NCBI GenBank assembly: GCA_038064015.1
Contig: JBBTUB010000015.1
Coordinates: 7,093-71,092 of the forward strand
Length of the DNA: 64,000 bases
Direction of reading: 5' to 3'
Source of the DNA: Patescibacteria group bacterium
Lineage (GTDB): Bacteria > Patescibacteriota > Minisyncoccia > 2-02-FULL-40-12 > IGHO2-01-FULL-4-A
Made by a program: the position numbers and the translations under genes. The notes beneath the pieces are model-generated. The model saw only the letters and a program-made list of their open reading frames with translations, ran no database searches and was not told the origin of the DNA. Each line of letters starts with the position of its first letter. Position 1 is the stretch's first letter. This document shows, piece by piece, positions 27,864 to 37,070 of the stretch.

Positions 27864-29021
27864 ATGGAAGACCGAGAAGATTTAATAAAAAGGATATTTC
27901 ATAAAGCCGTGATGGCCGAGGCGTATCCTGATAAAAAATCAGTCCAGGAGCGCTTGCTCAAAGAATCCGGTCTAGTATTTTATTATGGAATCGATCCGAC
28001 AGGTCCCGATGTCCACTTAGGACATGTTGTTCAGTTGCTTTTACTCAAGCGACTTATTAAGCTTGGGCACAAGGCAATTTTATTGTTCGGCGATTTTACT
28101 GCCCGCATAGGAGACCCTACCGGAAAAGACACGACTCGTCGCCCTCTTTCCGAAGAAGAAATCCAGAAGAATTTATCGACGTATCTGGTTCAAGTCGAAA
28201 AAATTCTCGAAAAAGGGTCCTTTGAAGTGCGACACAATCAAACGTGGCTTGCGCCAGTGACATTTACTGAAATATTAAAGTTGGCGGGACATTTCACGGT
28301 GCAGCAGATGATCGAGCGGGATATGTTTCAAAGAAGAATTTCTGAAGGCAAACCGATCGGACTTCATGAATTTTTATACCCGCTTATGCAAGGATATGAT
28401 TCTGTCGCTATGGATGTTGATGGAGAGATCGGGGGGAACGACCAGACATTCAACATGTTAGTAGGCAGAGACTTACTTAAAACTATTAAAAGAAAAGACA
28501 AGATTGTCATTACAACTCGGTTGCTTACTGACCGCACGGGCAAGAAAATGAGCAAGAGCGAGGGGAGTCTCATTGCGATAGCTGACCCTCCAGAGATTGT
28601 TTATGAAAAAGTCATGAATGCCATCCCCGATGACATGGTGCCTTCGATTTTTGAGATGTGTACGGAAGTTCCTCTTGAGGAAATCAATCCTGAAGAAAAT
28701 CGTGAGTCTCACGAGAAGCTAGCTTTTGAACTTACGCGCATGTTTCATTCACAAGAGGCTGCTGAAAAGGCGCGGGACGTATTCTTGCAGACCGCAAGCG
28801 GCGAATACGAGAGAGAAAGTATGCCAACTGGGCCAACACAAATCACCAAATTTTTAGTTGACAATGGTGTAGCAGGAACCAGCGGAGAAGCCCAGGGACT
28901 TATAAGACAGGGTGTGGTTTTTAAAAATGGCATACTACTCCAGAAAGTTGAAAAGGTAGGACCCGGTGATAAAATTTCTGTGGGGAAACGAATTAAGATC
29001 AAAATCCCCGAGAAAAAATAA
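27864..29021 (+). CDS. tyrS: tyrosyl-tRNA synthetase (short form with C-terminal S4-like domain)
   Basis: YYGIDPTGPDVHLGHVVQLL (HIGH-type), GDFTARIGDPTGKD, KMSKSEG. C-terminal S4-like ...VDNGVAGTSGEAQGLIRQGVVFKNG. Confidence 0.8.
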   Translation: MEDREDLIKRIFHKAVMAEAYPDKKSVQERLLKESGLVFYYGIDPTGPDVHLGHVVQLLLLKRLIKLGHKAILLFGDFTARIGDPTGKDTTRRPLSEEEIQKNLSTYLVQVEKILEKGSFEVRHNQTWLAPVTFTEILKLAGHFTVQQMIERDMFQRRISEGKPIGLHEFLYPLMQGYDSVAMDVDGEIGGNDQTFNMLVGRDLLKTIKRKDKIVITTRLLTDRTGKKMSKSEGSLIAIADPPEIVYEKVMNAIPDDMVPSIFEMCTEVPLEEINPEENRESHEKLAFELTRMFHSQEAAEKARDVFLQTASGEYERESMPTGPTQITKFLVDNGVAGTSGEAQGLIRQGVVFKNGILLQKVEKVGPGDKISVGKRIKIKIPEKK

Positions 29022-29024
29022 AAT

Positions 29025-29047
29025 CCCCCGCCAAGGCGGGGGGTTTT
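29025..29047 (+). terminator. rho-independent terminator after tyrS
   Basis: cccccgcc-aa-ggcgggggg hairpin followed by TTTT, directly after the tyrS stop. Confidence 0.6.
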
Positions 29048-29175
29048 GGGCTAGGCTTCTTCCTCTTCTTCTTTTTCTTCTTCAGTATCGTCATCATCTT
29101 CGTCTTCTTCTTCTTTTTCCCCCTCTTCCCCCCCTTCCCCTTCGTCTGCCATGAGCAGATAATTTAATAGGTTTT

Positions 29176-29664
29176 TCATGCCCCGTATCTTACCGTATTG
29201 GCACAGCAAATTGCAAGTGCCAGGGCATCGGCCACGTCGTCGGGCTTGGGAGGCGCCTTGAGCCCCAGGATCATCGTCACCATGCGTTCCACTTGCGCCT
29301 TATCCGCCCGGCCATAGCCCGAGATCGCTTGCTTGACCTGAAGCGGGGTGAACTCGCGTATCTCAACACCCGCTTGGGCCGCCGCCAAAAGCAGTACGCC
29401 GCGAATTTCGCTGACTTGCATGACGGTTTTTGCGTTTTTAAAAAAGAACAGCGTTTCCAGCGAGACGATGTCCGGCTTCTGTTTTTTTATCAGCTTTGAA
29501 AAAAAATCAAAAACATCGTTGACGCGATCACGATTGTGAATATTACTCTTTGTTCTGAACGCGCCAAAATCAATCGCCGACAAGCCGTCAATAATTCCCC
29601 AGCCGATCAGGCTCGTGCCGGGGTCAATTCCGAGAATTCGTAGGGACGCGGACTTCTTTGACAT
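29176..29664 (-). CDS. ruvC: Holliday junction resolvase RuvC
   Basis: MSKKSASLRILGIDPGTSLIGWGIIDG... with catalytic D8, E, D, D pattern. Start taken at MSKKS. Confidence 0.85.
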   Translation of the reverse strand: MSKKSASLRILGIDPGTSLIGWGIIDGLSAIDFGAFRTKSNIHNRDRVNDVFDFFSKLIKKQKPDIVSLETLFFFKNAKTVMQVSEIRGVLLLAAAQAGVEIREFTPLQVKQAISGYGRADKAQVERMVTMILGLKAPPKPDDVADALALAICCANTVRYGA

Positions 29665-30106
29665 CGTCGTTTTCTTCAAGTTTCTCAATTAAGATTTTAG
29701 TCTCCTCATCCATAGGCATCGGATAATCAGGGATCCATTCCACCATCTTTGCGTTATGCTCTCCGAGAATATTCTTGATTTCTCCGATCGCGCGGTTTTT
29801 GTTGTCGGTAATTCCTTCGATGGTCAGGCCGATACCGCTTTTTGTAAGCGCTTTCACGGTGATCTCAAAAAGCTCGCTTCCTTTTTCACTGGCGCGCTTG
29901 ATCGCCCGCTCGATATTTTCTTTGGGCATATTCGCCGCCCGCGCCCGCTCAATCATGCCCGCCAAGGCCGCATTAGCCGCCGGATCCGCTCCTTTTTTAG
30001 CCGCAATCGAAATCAGCTTCCCGAGCTTGCTAAACTCTTGACCACGTTTAACATCGGTTATCCCTTTTTGTCTTCGTATCTGACTCCATTTACTATGTCC
30101 TGACAT
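29624..30106 (-). CDS. yebC: YebC/PmpR-family transcriptional regulator (domain-reduced, 160 aa)
   Basis: MSGHSKWSQIRRQKGITDVKRGQEFSKLGKLISIAAKKGADPAANAALAGMIERARAANMPKENIERAIKRA. Lacks about 80 aa of the central domain relative to the E. coli homologue. Confidence 0.75.
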   Translation of the reverse strand: MSGHSKWSQIRRQKGITDVKRGQEFSKLGKLISIAAKKGADPAANAALAGMIERARAANMPKENIERAIKRASEKGSELFEITVKALTKSGIGLTIEGITDNKNRAIGEIKNILGEHNAKMVEWIPDYPMPMDEETKILIEKLEENDDVKEVRVPTNSRN

Positions 30107-30118
30107 GCTGAGATTCTA

Positions 30119-30826
30119 TCACTGGCTGGCAGTGATTTCCATGGTTGCTTGGCCGCTGGCAGTTTGGCCGTCCTTGGCGCACGAGAGCTTGATTGTCGCG
30201 GTTCCGGTCTTGGTGTTCCAGTTGATTCCCCAGGACCAGGTGACCGTGCCGTCATCAAGCGCGGTTTTGGGCCCGAGGTCTTTTGAAGTAGAAACTGATC
30301 CGCTGGGGAGCGTAACTTCGACCGTACACTCTGCGGCCGCGGCGGTCTGGATCTTGACCGTGGCGGTTTGTTTTTGAGCTACCGGCGACGAGAGCGCAAG
30401 AAGCGTGAGGCTGATGCCCGATGCCTCCGGCGTGGGCGTAACCGTAGGAGTCAGCGTCGGAGTGGGAGTTAGAGTAGGAGCCCCGACGTCCGACGGGGTC
30501 GGAGTCGGGGAGCCGACCGAAAGCGTCGGCTTCGGCGTCGGTGTACGAATAGCCGTAGGAGTTGCTGTAGGTGTCGCAGAAGGCAACGCCGATGGCGTCA
30601 GGAGCGTTTGGGGGACCAAGAGCGTTTCAGTCGGTGATGGGCTTGGCGTCGATGTTGGTGTCGGGCTGGTTTTCTTGAGCAATGCGCCACTGTGTACATA
30701 GATGTCAGCTTGTTGAGCTTGAGGCAGTGAGGAAGTCAGGGCTTCATTGCCTTGCGGAGAGCCAAGCATCCACACAATACTGATCGTTCCAATGAAGGCG
30801 CCGAGTGCGATGAGGGCTTTATTCAT
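30119..30826 (-). CDS. secreted protein with Pro/Thr-rich linker
   Basis: Signal peptide [34 protein letters not shown]...[14 protein letters not shown] low-complexity linker. C-terminal globular domain. Confidence 0.5.
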   Translation of the reverse strand: MNKALIALGAFIGTISIVWMLGSPQGNEALTSSLPQAQQADIYVHSGALLKKTSPTPTSTPSPSPTETLLVPQTLLTPSALPSATPTATPTAIRTPTPKPTLSVGSPTPTPSDVGAPTLTPTPTLTPTVTPTPEASGISLTLLALSSPVAQKQTATVKIQTAAAAECTVEVTLPSGSVSTSKDLGPKTALDDGTVTWSWGINWNTKTGTATIKLSCAKDGQTASGQATMEITASQ

Positions 30827-31385
30827 GGATTTCTACGTCGTTGGGATGAGCTTTTATAAACTGATTATGCGCTTCCATGATGATGTCTTTGACCTGGTTG
30901 GGATGAGGGATTTGCTTGAAGAAAAACTTTTCACTGGTCCCCGCCGTTTGTACCTCCAAATTCCCGTAATCCAGAAAGGTGGGGATGACTCCCGTGATAT
31001 CTACGGAGATGTCTTGGATTTTTGAGAGATGCAATTCGGCTACCGTGCGCCGGAAAAATCCATGCTGTTCGCTGTCGATAACTCGATGATCCGTCACGAT
31101 CCAGACATCAAGTAGGTACATGGTGATCGTATAAAAAAGCCCATACCACCAGAATAGGTAAAAAATCGCGGTAAGAAGTGAGTAGTACTCGGCAAAGGGT
31201 AGCGAAACCCGAACGTAGCCAATCAGAATTGAGAGAATCAAAGGAATCAAGGCCATGAGCGCAAAACCTACGATTTGTACGAATAGCACGAACCAGTGCC
31301 GATGCAAGAGTAAGAGCACACTCTCGTACGACTTCTTCCCTTCAAATGTGTATTCGGTCTGCGTGAGAAAAGAGAACATGCTCAT
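30819..31385 (-). CDS. membrane protein with bacterial PH domain (bPH_2/YdbS-YdbT-like, DUF304)
   Basis: Two TM helices followed by ...[43 protein letters not shown]... typical of bPH_2. Confidence 0.6.
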   Translation of the reverse strand: MSMFSFLTQTEYTFEGKKSYESVLLLLHRHWFVLFVQIVGFALMALIPLILSILIGYVRVSLPFAEYYSLLTAIFYLFWWYGLFYTITMYLLDVWIVTDHRVIDSEQHGFFRRTVAELHLSKIQDISVDITGVIPTFLDYGNLEVQTAGTSEKFFFKQIPHPNQVKDIIMEAHNQFIKAHPNDVEIHE

Positions 31386-31562
31386 GTGGCGTTGAGGTAG
31401 GTTACGAAAAGATACAAGAACAAAACTACCGAGCCCGCAAAAAATACAAAGGCTACGGCCTTGGGGCGGTTGCCGACGCCAAATCTAATCAAGTGGTAGA
31501 GGATGATAAAAGCACCGATCCAGTATATCAGGAGTGCCGCGGCGAAAACGATGAGCGGCAGC

Positions 31563-32582
31563 CTAGAGGAGAGTTGGTCGAGAAATGGTGGCAAGGCCAA
31601 GATGTTTACGAGCTTCGTCAGTTATCATTCTACCACGAGCCGTCCGAGTCAAAAAGCCCAGGCGCATCAGGTAGGGTTCATAGACCTCCTCGATGGTATC
31701 GTCTTCTTCACCGATGGCGGCGGCGATTGACTTAAGGCCCGCGGGGCCGCCCTGAAAGTTCTCTGCGATGGTGCTCAGAATCTTCCGGTCGGTAATCTCA
31801 AGTCCCAGCTCATCGATGCCTAACAATGCAAGCGCTTCGCGAGCTACTGCGGCGCTGAGCATTGCGTGGTCTTTGACTTGGGCGAAATCCCGAAGGCGCT
31901 TGAGCAGCCGATTGGCGATGCGCGGGGTAAATCGTGAAGCCTGCGCGAGAATATCAAGTGCCGCCTCGTCGATCGGAACGTCAAGAAGCTTCGCGGAGCG
32001 CCGGATGATTTCTTTCATCTCACCGTGGGTATAAAACTCAAGCTTGTACTGGGCGCCGAAGCGTGAGCGAAAGGGATTGGCCAATAATGATATCCTGGTT
32101 GTCGCAGCAATTAACGTAAAACGTGGAAGTGCGACTTGAAGTGTTTTTGCGGAGGTGCCTTTCCCGATGATGATGTCGAGCTGGTAGTTTTCCATCGCCG
32201 GGTAGAGTGTTTCCTCGACGGCTTTGTTGAGCCGATGCACCTCGTCGATAAAGAGGAAGTCGCCATCGTTGAGGCCCGTCAAGATCGAGCCGATATCGCC
32301 TGCTTTTTCAAGCGCGGTGCCCGACGTAATACGAATCCCCGCGCCAAATTCCTTGGCGATAATGTAGGCGAGTGTGGTCTTGCCCAGGCCCGATGGCCCA
32401 TGGATCAGGATATGCTCCAGCGGATCCTTGCGCTTGCGGGCGGCGCCGACCAAAATGCTTAAGTTTTTCTTGGTTTGCTCTTGGCCGATGTACTCGTCAA
32501 AGCGGACCGGGCGAAGTGCCATATCCAGGGCCTTTTCGTCTTGGTCTTTTGGGAGATCCGGTTTGTGCGTAGGGCTTGACAT
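31563..32582 (-). CDS. ruvB: Holliday junction branch-migration helicase RuvB
   Basis: HILIHGPSGLGKTTLAYIIAKE, DEVHRL, sensor and arginine-finger motifs, C-terminal winged helix. Confidence 0.9.
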   Translation of the reverse strand: MSSPTHKPDLPKDQDEKALDMALRPVRFDEYIGQEQTKKNLSILVGAARKRKDPLEHILIHGPSGLGKTTLAYIIAKEFGAGIRITSGTALEKAGDIGSILTGLNDGDFLFIDEVHRLNKAVEETLYPAMENYQLDIIIGKGTSAKTLQVALPRFTLIAATTRISLLANPFRSRFGAQYKLEFYTHGEMKEIIRRSAKLLDVPIDEAALDILAQASRFTPRIANRLLKRLRDFAQVKDHAMLSAAVAREALALLGIDELGLEITDRKILSTIAENFQGGPAGLKSIAAAIGEEDDTIEEVYEPYLMRLGFLTRTARGRMITDEARKHLGLATISRPTLL

Positions 32583-32808
32583 TACCTGTTATTTTAGATA
32601 CAATACTGTTGTAGAATATTGAAAACCTCTGAAACCTGTAGGCAAATTGAGGCTTCTTAACACTTTGTCTCAATCGGAGTGCTTTCGCAGATGGGTGATT
32701 TGGCTCCGGCTGAATCATGCCTCGGTGGTACTCTCATCCGGGTCTCCCATTGATCCGGCCTTGCCTACGGGTTTTAGGGGTTTTTCTTGTCCTGAGCCCG
32801 TCGAAGGA

Positions 32809-34452
32809 TTACTCTCCTATGACCCGCATAACTTCATCGATTGACGTGATCCCATGGGCTGCCTTCATCAAAGCGTCTTGCAACATGGTTGTCAATCCTT
32901 TTTGAATCGCCATCTCCTGGACTTCGGCAAGTGCGGGGGATTTTAAGATTAATTTTTGCATATCGGCATCGATCTCAAATATTTCATAGGCTCCCACCCG
33001 TCCCTTATAGCCGCTGTTATTGCACGCTTGGCACCCTGCTGAGTAAAAAATCTCCATCTTCTCGTTGATTTCTGGAGCGGTTACGATCGAGGGCAGGCGC
33101 GCGAGATGTCGCTTGAGTAATTCATAGTCTTCGTGCTTGATCGGCGTCTTCTTTTTGCACGCCTCGCATAAGCGTCGCACGAGGCGCTGGGCCATGGCCG
33201 CATTGATCGCCGGAGCGATCGTAACCGGGCGCACGCCAAGGTCGATCAGGCGGGGGATGGTTCCCGCCGCGTTGTTGGTATGGATCGTCGAAAGCACCAG
33301 GTGACCGGTCAGTGCCGCTTGCATGGCGATCTCAGCAGTTTCTTGATCGCGGATTTCGCCGACAAGGATCGCGTCCGGGTCTTGGCGGACGATCGAGCGA
33401 AGTCCCGCCGCAAACGTGTAGCCCGCTTTCGTATTGACCTGGGTCTGACTAATTCCCTGGATATGGTACTCAATAGGATCCTCGATCGTGATGATTTTGA
33501 TGTCGGGAGTGTTGATGTGTTTTACAAAAGCATACAGGGTGGTTGTTTTTCCTGATCCGGTGGGACCGGTAGTAAGAATGGTGCCGGTATTTTTTTGTAA
33601 AAGTTTTTTGATAAGGGCCAGGGTATCTTCGCGCATGCCAAGGTCCTCCAATTTCTGGCGTATGGAAGATGGATCTAGGATACGCATGACGATGTTTTCA
33701 CCATAGGCGCCCGGCAAGATGGAAACGCGCACCTCAATATCTTTTTCTTTCAGGCGGATCGTAAATCTTCCATCCTGGGGAGTTTGGTGGACATTGATTT
33801 TGAGTCCGGAATCTAATTTGATTCTGGATAAAATGCTCGGGAATCCCGCAGGAGAAAAATTAACCACATCGGTGAGAACGCCGTCGAGACGATAGCGAAG
33901 ACGGATGGTATGCTCTTCAGGCTCGAAGTGGATATCAGAGGCTCCAATTTTGAGGGCCCCCGCAATGAGGGCGTTGATCACCTGTGTGATCGGGAGCACG
34001 GTGATGCGCTCCTGCAAATCCTTCATGCCTTGAATCTGATTCTGCAGATTCAAAATTTCTTCCTCGCTGATGCTCATCACTCCCCGAGCTTCTAGGGAGG
34101 TTTTTTTCTTGAGTTTGTATCGCTCCAATGCAAGGTTGAGGCTATGAAGCGATGTCACGACCATATTCGTACTCAGGCCCCTTTGGGTGAGGTTTTGCAG
34201 GATTGACTGAAGATGTGGGTTTGCCGGATCAAGAACGGCAATAGTGATCAAAGCTCCGTTTTTGGAAATTGCCGCAACATTAGCTTTTCGAGCATCCGCT
34301 TCGTCAATAAGAAAAAGGGCGCTGTTATCTATTGGGAATGCGCCAAGATTAATGTATTGCAAGCCTGCCTGTTGGGCGATTTGCTTGGAATTGGCCTCGA
34401 GGCGGCGATCCTCAATCTCCGTCATTTTTTTATCGATGTCGGTCTCTGACAT
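32809..34452 (-). CDS. GspE/PilB-family secretion ATPase (type IV pilus assembly / T2SS ATPase)
   Basis: Walker A GPTGSGKTTTLYA, Asp box, Walker B ILVGEIRD, His box, tetracysteine CEACK...CQAC zinc motif. N-terminal GSPII-like domain. Confidence 0.85.
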   Translation of the reverse strand: MSETDIDKKMTEIEDRRLEANSKQIAQQAGLQYINLGAFPIDNSALFLIDEADARKANVAAISKNGALITIAVLDPANPHLQSILQNLTQRGLSTNMVVTSLHSLNLALERYKLKKKTSLEARGVMSISEEEILNLQNQIQGMKDLQERITVLPITQVINALIAGALKIGASDIHFEPEEHTIRLRYRLDGVLTDVVNFSPAGFPSILSRIKLDSGLKINVHQTPQDGRFTIRLKEKDIEVRVSILPGAYGENIVMRILDPSSIRQKLEDLGMREDTLALIKKLLQKNTGTILTTGPTGSGKTTTLYAFVKHINTPDIKIITIEDPIEYHIQGISQTQVNTKAGYTFAAGLRSIVRQDPDAILVGEIRDQETAEIAMQAALTGHLVLSTIHTNNAAGTIPRLIDLGVRPVTIAPAINAAMAQRLVRRLCEACKKKTPIKHEDYELLKRHLARLPSIVTAPEINEKMEIFYSAGCQACNNSGYKGRVGAYEIFEIDADMQKLILKSPALAEVQEMAIQKGLTTMLQDALMKAAHGITSIDEVMRVIGE

Positions 34453-34547
34453 ACTCCAAGCCTATCATAGTTGACTCTCTTTTTGAATCTTGGTAGACTG
34501 AGCGTATCAAAGTTCTCCCGCCTTGGCGGGATTCATGTTGAAAAACC

Positions 34548-35711
34548 ATGCTTGATACCAAACAATTTATCTCGGCGATGAAGCAAATCGCCGAAGAAAA
34601 AGGCATCGCCGAAGAAAAGGTGCTGGACACGATCCAGCTTGCCATCGCTGCCGCGTACAAAAAGGACTTTGGCGAAAAGGGCCAAGATATTCGAGCAAAG
34701 CTTGATCCGGAAACCGGGAACGTTGGAATTACGCAAATCAAGACGGTGATTGAGGGTACCGACGAAGAGGGATACATTACCGGCCCGACGGATTTTTTAA
34801 AAACTCAAGAAGAAGGAGCGGGAGAAGAATCACGCCTCAAGTTCAATCCGGAAAAGCATATTACGCTTGAAGAGGTGAAGAAGTTAAAAAAGAAGCTGGC
34901 GCTCGGTGAGGAGCTGGTTATCGAGCTGGAGTCCAAAACAGAATTTGGTCGCATCGCGGCGCAGACTGCCAAGCAGGTTGTGATCCAGCGGTTGCGCGAG
35001 ATCGAGCGGGAGGCGATCATGGCGGAGTTCAAAGGCCGGGAAGGTGAAGTGATATCAGGCATCATCCAGCGCAACGAAGGCCGCATGATTTATGTGGATC
35101 TTGGGCGTACCAATGGCCTGCTTCCGCCTCCCGAGCAGGTAGAGCGGGAGAATTATCGCATCGGAGCTCGTATGCGCCTCTACATCGTGCGTGTGGAAGA
35201 AACCAATCGCGGTCCAGCCATCATCTTATCCCGTTCCCACCCAAAGTTTCTTATGCGCCTGTTCGCGTTTGAAGTTCCTGAAATAGAATCCGGCTCAGTA
35301 GAAATCAAGGCCATTGCCCGGGAAGCTGGCTCGCGATCCAAGATTGCCGTCGTATCGCATGAGGATGGTGTTGATCCCATCGGCTCACTCGTGGGACAAA
35401 AAGGGGTCCGTGTCCAGACCGTGATCAATGAGCTTGGCGGAGAGAAGATCGATATTATCGAATGGAATGATGATCCCCAGCGATTTATCGCGCATGCCCT
35501 CGCACCGGCAAAGATCCTCGCCGTAAAAGTCATCGATGAAGCCGCGAAGCACGCGGTCGTGGAAGTCGCCGAAGACCAATTCTCATTGGCGATCGGGAAG
35601 CGAGGCCAGAATGTCCGGCTTGCCGCGAAGCTGTCGGGCTGGAGGATCGATGTCCGCGGCCCGGAAGGGCAGATTACTGCCGAAGAAGCGCTTGCTGAGA
35701 AACCCGCATGA
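34548..35711 (+). CDS. nusA: transcription termination/antitermination factor NusA
   Basis: N-terminal RNAP-binding domain, S1 domain (GEVISGIIQRNEGRMIYVDLG), two KH domains (GSLVGQKGVRVQTVINEL, LAIGKRGQNVRLAAKLSG). Confidence 0.85.
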   Translation: MLDTKQFISAMKQIAEEKGIAEEKVLDTIQLAIAAAYKKDFGEKGQDIRAKLDPETGNVGITQIKTVIEGTDEEGYITGPTDFLKTQEEGAGEESRLKFNPEKHITLEEVKKLKKKLALGEELVIELESKTEFGRIAAQTAKQVVIQRLREIEREAIMAEFKGREGEVISGIIQRNEGRMIYVDLGRTNGLLPPPEQVERENYRIGARMRLYIVRVEETNRGPAIILSRSHPKFLMRLFAFEVPEIESGSVEIKAIAREAGSRSKIAVVSHEDGVDPIGSLVGQKGVRVQTVINELGGEKIDIIEWNDDPQRFIAHALAPAKILAVKVIDEAAKHAVVEVAEDQFSLAIGKRGQNVRLAAKLSGWRIDVRGPEGQITAEEALAEKPA

Positions 35712-36736
35712 CGTCAGCGATCCGAAAAATTGACGCTTCCAGCGTTGAGGTGACGATAGAACTGGGGTCAAACGACCTCAAGGGGTACGTGGGTAAAGCC
35801 GAGGAGCGCATCGCTCAATCACTTAATCTTGAAGGGTTTCGGAAAGGCAAAGTTCCTCCTGAAGCAATTCGCCAGCGCGTTGGTGAGGCCGAGTTGCGCG
35901 AGGAAGCGCTCCAGATTGCAGTCCAAGAAAGCCTGGAAGAAGCAATCCAAAAAGAGGGCCTTGATGTCCTCGATCAGAGTAATTTCAGTATTAAAGATAA
36001 TACCCCCGAAAAGCTTCGGTACGTGCTTACGCTGACGCTTTACCCCAAGGTTACTTTGGGAAACTACCGAGGCATCGAAATAATAAAGCAGTCGCACGAG
36101 GTGAGCGACGCGGAGCTCCAGAAGGTTCTTGACGATCTGGTGGCGTCTCGGCGTTCGGGTGATATAACTCCTGAGCTCAATGACGAATTCGCAAAAAGCC
36201 TCGGTCATTTCGCTTCGCTGGAAGATTTAAAGTCCGGTGTCAAAACGGGATTGCTGCAAGAAAAGCAACTGCGAGAGCGTGATCGTGTTCGAGGCGAGGT
36301 GCTCAAAGCGATCATCGCCACGTCAAAGCTCGATGTTCCTAAGCTCATGATTGAGCGCCAGCTTGACGGGATGATCGCGAACTTTGATGAAGAGCTTCAC
36401 GCGCAGGGCATGGAGCTTGGCCCCTACCTGGCGCGTATCAAGAAAACGCAGGATCAGCTTCGCGCCGAGTGGTATCCGAAAGCCGAAGACCAGGTCAAAA
36501 TGACGCTCGTGCTCCACGCCGTGGGAAAAGCGGAGAAGATCACGATCACCGCGGCGGAGCTCCAGGAGGCGCTTGAGCTTCGTCTCCAGCAGTATCTTGC
36601 GGGCCGAAAGGAAGCCGGGACCGCCGAGGCGCTCAAAGATCTTGATCTGGAGCGAATCAAGCGAGGGCTATTCGGTAGCCTCTTGAATGAAAAGATTTTT
36701 GTGTTTCTCGAATCGAGTGCTATACTGACTTCGTGA
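35708..36736 (+). CDS. tig: trigger factor (lacking PPIase domain)
   Basis: Signature LEGFRKGKVP in the N-terminal ribosome-binding domain. 342 aa, with no FKBP-type PPIase domain apparent. Gene order after nusA is unusual. Confidence 0.65.
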   Translation: MTSAIRKIDASSVEVTIELGSNDLKGYVGKAEERIAQSLNLEGFRKGKVPPEAIRQRVGEAELREEALQIAVQESLEEAIQKEGLDVLDQSNFSIKDNTPEKLRYVLTLTLYPKVTLGNYRGIEIIKQSHEVSDAELQKVLDDLVASRRSGDITPELNDEFAKSLGHFASLEDLKSGVKTGLLQEKQLRERDRVRGEVLKAIIATSKLDVPKLMIERQLDGMIANFDEELHAQGMELGPYLARIKKTQDQLRAEWYPKAEDQVKMTLVLHAVGKAEKITITAAELQEALELRLQQYLAGRKEAGTAEALKDLDLERIKRGLFGSLLNEKIFVFLESSAILTS

Positions 36737-37056
36737 TATTTTCCACGAGATATTCTTATATCGTTTTGTGTGTCGGCCTTGCAGCCGTATTTTTTTGGTT
36801 CGGTATTAATAAATTCATCCACCCTGGAACTCAGCTCATCTACATCGGAACTCAGTTTGGCTACATCCAGGGGATTTTTGAGGTCCTGATCGGGTTGAGC
36901 CTTGTAAGTGGGGTCTTTACGAGATTTTTCTCGCTCCTGGGCGTTGTACTGCTTGTCGCAATCATCGTGGTCGCGGGCTTCAATGAGATTGCGGTTCGTG
37001 ATCTGGGACTCATCGGCGGGCTCTTGGCCATCTTCTTGTGGCCCGAGCGCCGGTAA
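36733..37056 (+). CDS. small DoxX-like membrane protein
   Basis: 107 aa, 3-4 TM helices (VLCVGLAAVFFWFGINKF..., GLSLVSGVFTRFFSLLGVVLLV...). Translationally coupled to downstream DsbA-like gene. Confidence 0.4.
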   Translation: MIFSTRYSYIVLCVGLAAVFFWFGINKFIHPGTQLIYIGTQFGYIQGIFEVLIGLSLVSGVFTRFFSLLGVVLLVAIIVVAGFNEIAVRDLGLIGGLLAIFLWPERR

Positions 37057-37070
37057 GGTATACTTCGTTT

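Noticed and set aside
30405-30701. Gly/Val-rich 98-aa ORF on plus strand
   Set aside because: It is the antisense shadow of the Pro/Thr-rich linker region of the 30119-30826 minus-strand gene.
31382-31600. 72-aa small membrane ORF between bPH protein and ruvB
   Set aside because: It overlaps the ruvB 3' end by 38 nt and is short and hydrophobic. It is possible but unsupported, so it is not listed as a feature.
32583-32808. SRP (4.5S) RNA or 6S RNA in the pilB-ruvB intergenic region
   Set aside because: I could not find the conserved SRP domain IV motif (GGAAGG...AGCAGC-type) or a 6S-like central bubble by eye. It is left as a low-interest finding only.
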